NCBI RefSeq assembly: GCF_963921235.1
Contig: NC_086108.1
Span: forward strand, 93,374,001-93,438,000
Direction: 5' to 3'
Origin: Mobula hypostoma
Lineage: Eukaryota
DNA: 64,000 nt
Shown here: in pieces, positions 25,086-37,270 of the stretch
Position numbering within the stretch: position 1 is the first letter of the stretch
How the letters are laid out: every line of letters begins with the position of its first letter
Translations under genes and position numbers: made by a program
Notes under the pieces: model-generated
Seen by the model: the letters and a program-made list of their open reading frames with translations, nothing else
Databases searched by the model: none
Told to the model about the DNA's origin: nothing

Positions 25086-25707
25086 CACTCAGTGGCCACT
25101 TTATTAGGTACACCTGCACACCCACTCATTAATGCAATTACCTAATCAGCCAATCATGTGGCAGCAACTCAATGCATAAAAGCATGCAGAAACGGTCAAG
25201 AGGTTCAGTTGTTGTTCAGACCAAACATCAGAATTGACCCAAGTGATCTTGACCGTGAAATGATTCTTGGTGCCAGATGGAGGAGTTTGAGTATCTCAGA
25301 AACTGCTGATCTCCTGGGATTTTTACACACAACAATCTTGAGAACAGGGGTTCCCAACCTTTTTTTATGCCATGGATAAACAGCATTAAGCAAGGGGTCT
25401 GCGGTTGGGAATCCCTGCTGTAGAGTTACAGGGAACAGTGTGAGAAACAAAAAACATCCAGGAAACAGCGGCTCTGTGGACAAAAATGCCTTGTTAATGA
25501 GAAGAATAGTCAGACTGGTTCAAGCTGACAGGGAAGTGGCAATAACTCAAAGAACTGTGTTACAACAGTGGCGTGCAGAGCAGCATCTCCGAATGCACCA
25601 CACGTTGAACCTGAAATGAATGGGCTGAGCTACGGCAGCAGAAGACCATGAACATATACTCAGTAGACACTTTGTTAGTTACAGCAGGTACCTAATACAG
25701 AGACCAC
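25086..25707 (+). mobile_element. Non-autonomous Tc1 derivative (family of 8706) with nested hAT MITE
   Basis: TA-CACTCAGTGGCCACTTTATTAGGTACACCTG start; ORF 25158..25379 SISETADLLGF. Confidence 0.85.
25345..25417. mobile_element. Tiny hAT-type MITE (73 bp)
   Basis: CAGGGGTTCCCAACC...GGTTGGGAATCCCTG; interrupts Tc1 at a site reading ctctagag in the 8706 copy. Confidence 0.75.
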
Positions 25708-26326
25708 ATTAAAGCACATTAAGTACATTAAAGATTTGGATATGAATGCAGAATGTATGATTAGTAAGTTCACTGATGACATAAAAAATGATGGATATGC
25801 TGATAGTGAAGAGGGTAGTTTTCACTAAGAAGCTACAGAATTATAGTTGATGAGATTGCCAGAGATGGAATTTAACCACTTCACTAGGACATAATACAAA
25901 GGGGCGTCCTGTATTTTGAGGCTGTCCCTGCCTGCTGGCCTTAGACTCTCCCACTGTTGGAAAAATCCTCTCCATGTCCATTCTATAAGCCTTCAAATAT
26001 TCAGTAATTTTCAAAGAGATCTTCCCTCATTTTTCTAAACTCCAGCCATTACAAGCTCAGAACAATCAAATGCTCCTCATATGTTAGCCCTTTCATTCTT
26101 AGGGTCACTCTCATGAACTCCTGGACCTTCGCCAATACTAGCACATCCTTTCTTAGATAAAGGTACCTAAAGCAGCTCACAATACTCCAAGTTTGGTCTG
26201 ATCGATGCATTACAAAGCCCTAGCATTGCATCCTTTTCTTTTAATATTCTAGTTCTCTTGAAATGAATGCTAACATTGCATTTGCTCTCCTTAATACTGA
26301 TTCATCCCACAGGTTAACCTCTAGGG

Positions 26327-26407
26327 CAAGGGTTCCAAACATGGGGTCCATGGACCCCTCGGTAAATGGTAGGAATCCATGGCATAAAAAAAGGTTGGGA
26401 ATCCCTA
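26327..26407. mobile_element. Tiny hAT-type MITE (81 bp), same family as 25345, opposite orientation
   Basis: caagggttccaaac...ccatggcataaaaaaaggttgggaatcccta; imperfect TSD ctctaggg/ctctaaag. Confidence 0.75.
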
Positions 26408-27293
26408 CTCTAAAGAAATCTGCACCTGGACACCCAAGATCCTTTGCACTTTGATTCTGAATTTGGTCTCCATTTAGAAAATAGTCTATGCCTTTACGCC
26501 TCTACTAAAGTGCATGACCATATATTTCCCTACAATGTATGCCATTTACCATAGATGTAGGGAGTACTGAAGAGCAGAAAGAAGTTGGTGTCCAAAGGGG
26601 GTAGCAGAGATCATTGAGAAGGCATATGAGGAAATTGCCTTCATTATCTGGGGTACAGAACATAAGAGCAGAACATTAAGGTTAAACCCTATAAAACATT
26701 GGTAAACTCACAGCTGGATTACAGTGCACAACTCTGGTCGCCATGTTGTAGGAAGCACAGCAGAGGGCAAAGAGAAGATTCACCATGTTGGTGCCTGCTA
26801 TGGAGCATCTCCGACACAAGAGACAGGATTTGCTTTGTTTGGAGCAGGGAAGACTAAAGTATATACAATTATGAGCATACATTGGCAGTAGAGAGTAAAA
26901 AAAAATTCCCCACTACATGGTTGTACAAAATCAGAAGATATAAGTTTTAAGTTAAGGGACAGGTGATTAATTGGGGGGGGGGGTATAAGGAAGAATTTTT
27001 AAATCTAGAGTGTGATTGAAACCTGGAATGAACTGCCTGGATGATTAACGAAGGGATGAGTGCCCACAATATTTAGAAAGTATCAAGACAAGCTTTTGAA
27101 TTGGCATAAAATGGATGGTTATGGATGGTGATGGAGAAAGGGCCTTGTATAAATGGGTATTCATTGGTCACCGTGGATACAGTAGGCCAAAGGATCTGTT
27201 TCTGTGCTATGCCAGTCCATCTGCAACCCCGATTTAACACTACACGTCATTTGTTTAATTATATGCTGTAAAATACATGGTGAACATGGTATT

Positions 27294-28235
27294 CCTCTTT
27301 TCGTGATTTTTATTAACGACCTGGATATGGGGGTAGAAGGGTGGGTTGGCAAGTTTGCAGACGACACAAAGGTTGCTGGTGTTGTAGATAGTGTAGAGGA
27401 TTGTCGAAGTTTGCAGAGGGACATTGATAGGATGCAGAAGTGGGCTGAGAAGTAGCAGATGGAGTTCAACCCAGAGAAGTGTGAAGTGGTACACTTTGGA
27501 AGGACAAACTCCAAGGCAGAGTACAAAGTAAATGGCAGGATACTTGGTAGTCTGGAGGAGCAGAGAGATCCGGGGGTACATGTCCACAGATCCCTGAAAG
27601 TTGCCTCACAGGTGGATAGGGTAGTTAAGAAAACTTATGGGGTGTTAGCTTTCATAAGTCGATGGATAGAGTTTTTAAGAGTCGCAATGTAATGATGCAG
27701 CTCTATAAAACTCTGGTTAGGCCACATTTGGAGTACTGTGTCCAGTTCTGGTCGCCTCACTGTAGGAAGGATGTGGAAGCATTGGAAAGGGTACAGAGGA
27801 GATTTACCAGGATGCTGCCTGGTTTAGAGAGTATGCATTATGATCAGAGATTAAGGGAGTTAGGGCTTTACTCTTTGGAGAGAAGGAGGATGAGAGGAGA
27901 CATGATAGAGGTGTACAAGATAATAAGAGGAATAGATAGAGTGGATAGCCAGCACCTCTTCCCCAGGGCACCACTGCTCAGTACAAGAGGTCATGGCTTT
28001 AAGGTAAGGGGTGGGAAGTTCAAGGGGGATACTGGAGGAAGGTTTTTTACTCAGAGAGTGGTTGGGCGTGGAATGCACTGCCTGAGTCAGTGGTGGAGGC
28101 AGATACACTAGTGAAGTTTAAGAGACTACTAGACAGGTATATGGAGGAATTTAAGGTGGGGGGTTATATGGGAGGTAGGGTTTGAGGGTCGGCACAACAT
28201 TGTGGGCCGAAGGGCCTGTACTGTACTATTCTATG
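27294..28235 (+). mobile_element. CR1 LINE 3' part, second subfamily
   Basis: ORFs 27204.., 27459.., 27662.. (KFADDTKV, LVRPHLEYCVQFWSP); nearly identical to 59210-60155. Confidence 0.92.
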
Positions 28236-28403
28236 AATCTGTGAACAGTCTCCAGCAAAAGCTTCATAAATTGAGTTTGCATATTTTCTGCACATGGTGG
28301 CATCTAGATCCTGCACTCTACCAACGGCAGCAGAGGGAACAAACAAAGCCAACTTTAAAAAGTTGAAGGAGGGGAGATCTTATATTGGCTACTCTCCATA
28401 CCC

Positions 28404-29780
28404 CCACAAAATGCTGGAGGAACTCAGCAGGGCACGCAGCATCTGTGGAAAAGAATACGGTCGGTGTTTCAGGCCGAGACCCTTCATCAGGACTGGAGGA
28501 AAAAAACCTGAAAAGTCAGAGTAAGAAAATGGGGGGAGGGGAAAGAGAAACACAAGGTGATGGTGAAACCGGGAGGGGGAGGGGTGAAGTAAAGAGCTGG
28601 GAAGTTGGTTGGTAAAAGAGATACAGGGCTGGAGAAGGCAGAGTCTGATAGGAGATGACAGAAGGCCATGGAAGAAAGAAAAGGGGAGAGGAGCACCAGA
28701 GGGAGGCGATGGACAGGCAAGGAGGTAAGACGAAAAAGGGAAATGGAGATGGGGACTGGTGAAGTAGTGGGGGACGTTACTGGAAGTTCGCGAAATTGAT
28801 GTTCATGCCATCAGGTTGGAGGCTACCCAGATGGAATACAAGGTGTTGTTCCTCCAAACTGAGTGTGGTCTTGGTGCAACAGTAGAGGAGGCCATGGACT
28901 GACATGTCGGGATGGGAATGGGAAGTGGAATTAAAATGGGTGGCTACTGGGAGATCCCACTTTTTCTGGCGGACGTTTCAATGCACCATAGGTGTTCAGC
29001 GAAGCGGTCTCCCAATCTACGTCAGGTCTCATCGATATACAGGAGGCCACACGGGGAGCACCAGACATAGAATATGACCCCAACAAACTCACAGGTGCAG
29101 TGTCGCCTCACCTAGAAGGACTGTTTGTGGCCCTGAAAGATAGTGAGGGAGGAGGTGCATGGGCAGGTGTAGCACTTGTTCTGCTTGCAAGGATAAGTGC
29201 CAAAAGGGATCTCCCAGTGGCCACTCATTTTAATTCCACTTCCCTTTCCCATTCCAATATGTCTATCCATGGCCTCCTCTACACTGTTGTTACAAGGCCA
29301 CACTCAGTTTGGAGGAACAACACCTTGTATTCCATCTGGGTAGCATCCAACCTGATGGCATGAACATTGATATCTCAAACTTCTAGTAATGGCCTCCCCA
29401 CCCACCAGTTCCCATCCACTTTTTCCTCTCTCACCTCATCTCTTTGCCTCCCTCTGGTGCTCCTTCCCCTTTTCTTTCTTCCATGGCCTTCTGTCCTCTC
29501 CTATTAGATTCCCTCTCTACAGCCCTGTATCTCTTCCACCAATCAACTTCCCAGCTCTTTACTTCACCCCTCCCGCTCCCGGTTTCACCTATCACCTTGT
29601 TTCTCCCTCCCCTACCCCCACCTTCTAACTCTTCATCCTTTTCTCCAGTCCTGATGAAAGGTCTCAGCCCAAAACGTCGACTGTAGTCTTTTCCATAGAT
29701 GCTGCCTGGCCTGCTGAGTTCCTCCAGCATTTCATGTGTGATGCTTGGATTTCCAGCACTGTAGATCTGCTATTGTTTTT
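28404..29780. mobile_element. Penelope-like insertion of two 3' ends in inverted, tails-out orientation
   Basis: Left arm minus to about 29200, right arm plus; both have GIY-YIG C-terminus, UTR and hammerhead-like tail; TSD tactctcYataccc at 28390-28403 and 29781-29794. Confidence 0.85.
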
Positions 29781-29839
29781 TACTCTCTATACCCATTCAC
29801 ATGTATTTTAAATTTATAATGAGTCCACAGGTTGGTCCC

Positions 29840-30768
29840 ATGAAGAGTCCTTGAAAGTGAGTCCATAGCTTGTGGGAACAGTTCAGTGATGGGGCGAATG
29901 AAGTTATCTTTTTTGGTTCAACAGCCTGATGCTTGAGGGGTAATAACTGTTCCTAAACCTGATGGTGTGAGTCCTGAGGCTCCTGTAACTTCTTCCTGAT
30001 GGCAGCAGTAAGAAGAGAGCATGATGCGGGTAGCAGGCGTTCCTGATGACAGATGCTGCTTTCCAGCGACAACGCTCCCTGTGGATGTGCTCAGTGGTGG
30101 AGAGGGCTTTACTCATGATTGCTGGGCCATATCCTGGGAACATATCTTTGCTGCCAGCTTGTACCAAATGGCTTCTAGATCCATTTTCAAGCCTCTGAAT
30201 TTGGACCCTCTAAGGGACCCCAGGTACTCACATTCAAGTCACTGCTCGTCACACCACATTCTAGGCGTCACACTTTTCACCATGAGAAGGTTCCTGGGGT
30301 CACTATCCCATCCACTTCCACAACTCCAGGATACTCTCTCTGCCGCCTGCAACAGACCAGTCCGCTACTTTATCCTCCGCTGGATCCATGCTTTCAATCG
30401 CTGGTTTTTCGACTTTCTCACATCCTGCAGGATTGGAAGATCACCTATCTACAGACTACAGAAGCTGCTGTCTCCATCGCCGGCAGGCATGGACATCTCC
30501 AGACAGCGACCCCTGCTGTCAACTTCAACAGTTGACTAATCTCATGTTTTTGATATTTATTGTTTATTTATTTTCTTTCTTTTTGTATTTACACTTCTTT
30601 TTGTCTTTTGCACGCTGTTTGTTCACCCTGTTCATGTAGCCTTTCATTGATTCTATTATGGTTATTGTATTTATTGAGTATACCCACAAGAAAATGATTC
30701 TCAGGGTTGTGTATGGTGACTTATATGTACTTCGAGCTTTGAGTGAATCTGCTTTGCTTACCACACTT
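29840..30768. repeat. Rearranged local copy of 32316-33251
   Basis: 29840-30533 matches 32546-33251 directly; 30539-30768 is the reverse complement of 32316-32547. Confidence 0.9.
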
Positions 30769-30864
30769 TACAAGCAAAGTCAGCTGCCAGCAGCTTGGAA
30801 CATGGACTGAAGCTCAATAACATTTTCCCAAAGGAGTCAATTATCTAAGTCATCATTTTTCATT

Positions 30865-31640
30865 AGGTGTTGCACTTTGGTAGGAACAACTGGTTCTTAC
30901 ACAGTGAATGGTAGGGCACTGTGGAGTGCATAGAACAAAGGGATCTGGGAATTACAGGTCCATAATTCACTGAAAGTGGCAGCACAGGTAGGTAGGGTCA
31001 TAAAGAAAGCTTTTGGCACACCAGCCTTCATAAATCAAAGTATTGAGTACGGGAGTTTTGATGTTATGTTGTAGTTGTAAAAGACGTTGGTGAAGCCTAA
31101 TTTGGAGTATTGTGTGCAGTTTTGGTCACCTAGCTACAGGAAAGATGCAAGTAAGGTTGAAAGAAACAGAGAAAATTAACAAGAATGTTGTTGGGACTGG
31201 AGAACCTGCATTATAAAGAAAGACTGAATAGGTTAGGACTTTATTCCTTGGAATGTAGAAGATTGAGGGGAGAGTTGATAGAGGTATACAAAATTATGAG
31301 GAATATAGATAGGGTAAATACAAGTAGACTGAGACTGAGGTGACTTTTTGTACACCTGGAGATCATGGTTAAGGGTGAAAGGTGAAAAGTTTAAGGGGAA
31401 CATGAAGGGAAACTTCCTCACCCAAAGGGTCGCGTGAGTGTGGAACAAGATGCCAGCACAAGTGGTGCATGTGAGCTCAATTTCATTGCTTTAGAGAACT
31501 TTGGATAGGTACGTGGATGGTAGGGGTATGGAGTGCTATGGTCCTGGTGCAGGCCGATGGGAGTAGGCAGTTTAAATGGTTCGACACAGTCCAGATGGGT
31601 CAAAAGGCCTGTTTCTGTGCTGTACTTTTCTTCGACTCTA
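30865..31640 (+). mobile_element. Older CR1 3' fragment
   Basis: ttggagtattgtgtgcagttttggtcacc (LEYCVQFWSP) and CR1 3' UTR. Confidence 0.8.
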
Positions 31641-33604
31641 TTAAGAACCAAATCAGCTTGTTCTTTGATCACTGAGCTAGGATCAGGCACACAATAAGAA
31701 TATTCTGGAGCCAACTTAACTGTTTTAGAAATTCATACAATTTTGGTTAAATGGTTTTTTCATTCTCCTTTATCAGAAGCTCAAGTCTACCTTTGACCCT
31801 TCAAATTCTCCAAGCTTTAATTCTCAATGAAAAAGTCACCAGCATAATATGTAAAAGACTGAAAACCAATCACTCTGAAACAGCTGAAATTACATTCAAG
31901 AAAGTATAGCTTTCTTCAAGAATTCAAAAATATTGTCCATAAATTACTCCAGACCATGTTTTAACAATAGAACAATGTTGTGTTTCCCTACACCACTGCT
32001 GTGGTGAATCCCAATGAGAGAAGGAAGTTAAATTGCGAGGCTAATAGAACAATGTTGCCACGTTTCCCTGTGTAAGACCCTGTTGAAATTAGCACAATTG
32101 GTTTCATTATAGCATTTCCCTTTACAAGTTTTCAGACTCAAATTGTTACTGACAAATCTTACCATACAAGAAACGTTTTTGCAAGTACAGGGAAATGTTG
32201 TCAGAGTATGAATGGAAAGAACTACGTAAGGTTTCTTAATTTTCAAAATCTTCCTGCAGACAACTTGTGTGATGCACTACATGTGATATAATTTGGGAGC
32301 GCTTTACGTCAGCGCAAGTGTGGTAAGCAAAGCAGATTATCACTCAAAGCTCGAAGTACATATCAGTCACCAAACACAACCCTGAGATTCATTTTCTTGT
32401 GGACATACTCAATAAATACAATAACCATAATAAAATCAATGAAAGACTGCACCAACAGGGTGAACAAACAGTGTGAAAAAGACAAAAAAGGGTGTAAATA
32501 CAAAAAGAAAGAAAATAAATAAACAATAAATATCGAAAACATGAGATGAAGAGTCCTTGAAAGGGAGTCCATAGGTTGTGGGAACAGTTCAGTGATGGGG
32601 CGAGTGAAATTATCCTTTTTGGTTCAACAGCCTGATGGTCGAGGGGTAATAACTGTTCCTAAACCTGATGACGTGAGTCCTGAGGCTCCTGTAACTTCTT
32701 CCCGATGGCAGCAACGAGAAGAGAGCATGATCTGGGTAGCAGGCGTTCCTGATGACAGATGCTGCTTTCCAGCGACAACGCTCCGTGTAGATGTGCTCAA
32801 TGGTGGAGAGGGCTTTACCCATGATTGTTGGGCCGTATCCTGGGAACAAATCTTCACTGTCAGCTTGTACCAAATGGCTTCCAGATCCATTTTCAAGCCT
32901 CTGAATTTGGACCCTCTAAGGGACCCCAGGTATTCACGTTCAATTCACTACTTCTCCCACTGCTCCTCACACCACGTCCTAGGTGCCACACTTTTCACCA
33001 TGAGAAGGTTCCTGGGGTCACTATCCCATCCACTTCTACAACTCCAGGATACTCTCTCTGCCGCCTGCAACAGACCAGTCCGCTACTTTATCCTCCGCTG
33101 GATCCATGCTTTCAATCGCTGGTTTTTCGACTTTCTCACATCCTGCAGGATTGGAAGATCACCCATCTACAAACTATAGAACCTGCTGTGTCCATCACCG
33201 GCAGGCATGGACTTCTCCAGACAGCGACCCCTGCTGCCAACTTCAACAGTTCTGATCAACAGCAGATTCAGAACCCGGACTTCACCGCCTTCAATGTGGG
33301 TTCCAACTACCTCACACACCCGCAAAGTGCCGATTGCGCAACCTCCAACTCCCAACTCCAGCCTTGACCGACAGTACCTCCAGGCCGGGACTTTATGCAC
33401 TGCTCCTGGAACCCTCATCTGGCCTTCCCCAAAACCACTCTGCATTCCCTTGTCTCTCAGTCCCACCAACAGCTCTCGAGTCCTCAGAGACTCCATCTTC
33501 CTCTTACACCACCATCCCTGAACACCCCAACCCTCCCTTCTCCTCAGACACTACCAATCCCACGACCCTAGTTCTTATCCACAACGGGTCTTCAACATCC
33601 CCTC

Positions 33605-34211
33605 GTCGAGCACCTCCGCTCCATCCGACACAACAGACAGGATCTCCCAGTAGCCACCCACTTCAACTCTGCTTCCCATTCCCATTCAGATATGTCCATA
33701 CATGGCCTCCTCTACTGCCATGATAAGGCTAAACTCAGGTTGAAGGAGCAACACCTCATATACCGTCTAGGTAGTCTCCAGCCCCTTGGTACAGACATAG
33801 AATTCTCCAACTTCCGGTAATTCCCTCCCCCTCCCTTCCTCTATCCCTATTTCACTCTGCCCCCTCCTCCAGCTGCCTATCACCTCCCTCATGGTTCCAC
33901 CTCCTTCTACTACCCACTGTGTTTTCCCCTATTCCTTCTTCACCTTTCCTGCCTATCACCTCCCGGCTTCCCCTCCCCCACCCCTTTATCTTTCCCCTTA
34001 CTGGTTTTTCAACTGGACCTACCAGCCTTCTCCTTCTCACCCTCCCCCACCTTCTTTAAAGGGCCTCTGCCCCCTCCCTCTTCAGTCCTGACGAAGGGTT
34101 CCGGCCCGAAACGTCGACTCATCGTTTCCACGGATGCTGCCTGACCTGCTGAGTTCCGCCAGCAAGTTGTGAGTGTTGCTTTGATCCCAGCATCTGCAGA
34201 TTATTTTGTGT
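33605..34211 (+). mobile_element. Younger PLE 3' fragment nested in the older PLE
   Basis: VEHLRSIRHNRQDLPVA..LKEQHLIYRLGSLQP; 7-bp TSD tcccctc at 33598-33604 and 34212-34218. Confidence 0.85.
34083..34119 (+). ncRNA. Minimal type I hammerhead ribozyme motif (PLE-associated)
   Basis: cAGTC CTGACGA aGGGttccggCCC GAAAC GTC|GACT: conserved core boxes, stem I AGTC/GACT, stem II GGG/CCC, palindromic ACGT in place of stem III. Confidence 0.75.
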
Positions 34212-37200
34212 TCCCCTCAGATCTTCCCCTCTCTGAGGCAGAATGTTCTGTCCTCAGTAAGGGTCTCACTTTTGTCCCCCTATGACACCGCACACCAATG
34301 ACCCCTTCTCCCATCTTCAACCCTTCTCCTCTTCCTGGACACTCCATTCTGGTCTTCAGCCTGCTCTGGATCATTTCATTGCTAACTGCCGATGGGACTT
34401 CAGTCATCTCAATTTCACTCTTCTCTCCAATTCCAACCTCACTCCTTCCAACCGCACTGCTCTCCACTCTCTCCACACTAACCCTAACCTCACCATCAAA
34501 TCTGCAGATAAGGAAGCTGCTGTAGAAGTTTGGTCTACAGACCTCTACCTTGCTGAGGCCAGGTGACAACTCTCAGACACCTCCCCTTACTTATCCCTCG
34601 AACAGTACCCCACTAAGGGTCACCAGGCCATTGTTACCGGCACCATCACTGACCTTATTAGCTCTGGGGATCTCCCATTCACTGCCACCAACCTCTTAGT
34701 TTTTGCACCCTGCACCTCACGTTTCTAGCTCCTGCCCAGATACACAAACCCGCCTGTCCACGTAGACCCATTGTTTCTGCTTGTTCCTGACCCACTGAAC
34801 TTGTATCTGCATACCTCAACTGAATTTTATCCTCCCGGTTCAGTCCCTTACTATCTATTTCCATGACACTTCACACGATCTTGATCTTTTCAATGATTTC
34901 AAGTTCCCTGGCCCTGAGTATCTTATTTTGTCTATGGATGTCCAGTCCCTATACATCTCATCCCCCACCAGGAAGGCCTCAAAGCTCTCCATTTCCTTCA
35001 GACCCAACCAGTTTCCCTGCACTACCACCCTCCTCTGCCTGATGGAACTTGTCCTCACACTCAATAATTTCTCTCCTCCCACTTCCTTCAAACAAAAGGT
35101 GTAGCCACGGGCACTCACATGGGTCCCAGCTGTGCCTGCCTTTTTGTTGGCTACGTGGAAAAATCTATGTTCCAAGTCTACACTGGCATCACTCACCAAC
35201 TTTTCCTACACTACATCGACGACTGCTTAGGCGCTGCTTCCTGCACCCATGCAGAGTTCATTGATTTCATCAACTTTGCCACCAATTTCCACCCTGCCCT
35301 CAAATTTAGCTGGTCCATTCCTAACACCTCCTTCCCCTTTCTTGATCCCAGTATCTCTACCCTCTGGAGACAGCTTATCTGCTGATGTCTATTATAAATC
35401 CACCGATTCTCACAGCTACTTGGACTATACCTCTACCCACCATCAATGCTGCCCTCAGCTGCATCTCTTCCATTTCACGCATGTCTGCCCTCAACCCATC
35501 CTCGTGCCACCTCACCACGGATAGAGTTCCTCTTGTCCTTACCTAACACCCCACCAGCCTCCACATCCAGCACATAATTCTCCACAACTTCCACCATCTC
35601 CAACAGGCTTCCATCACGAAGCACATTTTTCCCTGCCCCCCACTTTCTGCTTTCCGTAGGGATTACTCCCTACACGACTCCCTTATCCATTCATCCCTCC
35701 ACACTGATCTCCCTCCCGGCACTTATCCTTGCAAGCAGAACAAGTGCTACACCTGCCCCTACACCTCTTCCCTCACCCCAAACAGTCCTTCCAGTTGAGG
35801 TAACACTTCACCTCTGAATCTGTTGGGGTCATCCACTATATTCGGTACTCCCAGTGCGGCCTCCTGTATATCGGTGAGACCCGATGTAGACTGGGAGACC
35901 ACTTCACCGAGCACCCACACTCCATCCACCAGAAAAAGTGGGATCTCCCAGTGGCCACCCATTTTAATTTCATTTCCCGTTCCCATTCTCCCATTCTGAC
36001 ATGTCACTCCATGGCCTTCTCTACTGTTGCGACGAGGCCACACTCAGGTTGGAGAAGTAACACCTTATATTCTGTGTGGATAGCCTCCTACCTGATGGCA
36101 CGAACATTGATTTCTCGAACTTCTGGTAATGCGCGCCCCCCCTTCACCATTCCCCATCCCCCTTTCCCTCTCTCACTTCATCTCCTTACCTGCCCAACAT
36201 TTTCCTCTGGTGTTCCTCCCCCTTTTCTTTATTCCATGGCCTTCTGTCCTCTCGTATTAGATTCCCCCTTCTCCAGCTCTGTACCTCTTTCATCAATCAA
36301 CTTCCCAGCTCTTTACTTCACCATTCCCCTCATGATTTCATCAATCACCTGAAATGTCGACTGTACTCTTTTCCATCGACGCTGCCTGACCTGCTGAGTT
36401 TCTCCAGTATTTTGTGTGTTTAGCCTCGATTTCCAGCACTGCAGTTGTTCTCTTGTTTGTGATCGGGCCATAACCACTACTTTTTGTAGGGATTTTCCAT
36501 TCAAGGGCATTGGTGTTTCCAAATGAGGCTGTGATGTAGCCAATCAATAGACTCTCCACCACACATCTATTGAAGTTTGTCAAAGTTTTAGATGTCATGC
36601 CGAATCTCACAAACTCCGAAGGAAGTAGAGGTGCTGCTGTGCTTTCTTCATAATTGCACTTACATGCTGGGCCCAGGACAGGTCCTCTGAAATGATAACA
36701 CTGAGGAATTTAAAGATGCTGACCCTCCGATCCTCCAGTGAGGACCTCCAGTTTCCTCCTCCTGAAGTCAATAATCAGCTCCTTGATCTTGCTGATTTTG
36801 AGTAAGAGGTTGTTGTAGTGGCACCACTCAGCCAGATTTTCAATCTCCTTTCTATATGCTCAAAAATATTACACCAACAGATTTCCCAACAAATACCAAT
36901 GCACCGAAAGTTATACACAAAATTGCTCTATACCATGTTAGAATGATTTTCAATAGTACAGTTCCGTTTTCTTTGGAGAGACATTAATAAATTTCTAGCC
37001 CACAACCTGCTGCAGCTACTGGCATTGTTTCACATTCCACCACTGCAAAACAACAACAAGTCTTAACTGTGAAACAAACAAACCAGGTTCAAATTTAAAA
37101 GTTGCATTAGAAGGGTTTCTAATCTAGTTTTTTTAACTTTGCTCAGACTTAAAAGTTAAAATAGAAGGCAGGGGAGTAGAGGTGACTGGAAGAATTAGAT

Positions 37201-37270
37201 CAGCCCATGATTGAATGGCGGAGCAGACTCAATGAGCCGAACGGCCTACTTCTGCTTCCATATCTTATAG

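Larger units (their letters stand above)
24790..27215. mobile_element. Old + strand CR1 relic interrupted by Tc1 (25086-25707) and a - strand CR1 fragment (about 25910-26545)
   Basis: Degraded GRSCLTNLIEFFE / TSGV / KFTDD / 3' UTR segments in colinear order. Confidence 0.6.
32841..36464 (+). mobile_element. Long decayed Penelope-like element (N-terminal region, RT, GIY-YIG, 3' tail)
   Basis: DLPLSEAECSVLSKGLTFVP, TIKSADK, MDVQSLYTS, GVATGTHMGPS, YIDD, LLYIGET..LGDHF, PVATHFN; many frameshifts. Confidence 0.9.
32350..36860 (-). mobile_element. Rex1/Babar LINE 3' part split by a PLE (32350-32840 plus 36465-36860)
   Basis: ORFs 32610..32873 and 36341..36610 are contiguous parts of the Rex C-terminus; duplicated target gggccRtaWcc at 32830 and 36465. 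Confidence 0.85.

Noticed and set aside
30021..30539. 172-aa ORF and its 195-aa paralog at 32592..33179 as a novel duplicated gene
   Set aside because: Frames run from antisense Rex sequence into PLE sequence across an insertion junction; no sign of an independent gene
33605..34211. Upstream pLTR of a canonical tandem Penelope
   Set aside because: It interrupts the older ORF mid-motif, has its own 7-bp TSD and differs from the downstream tail
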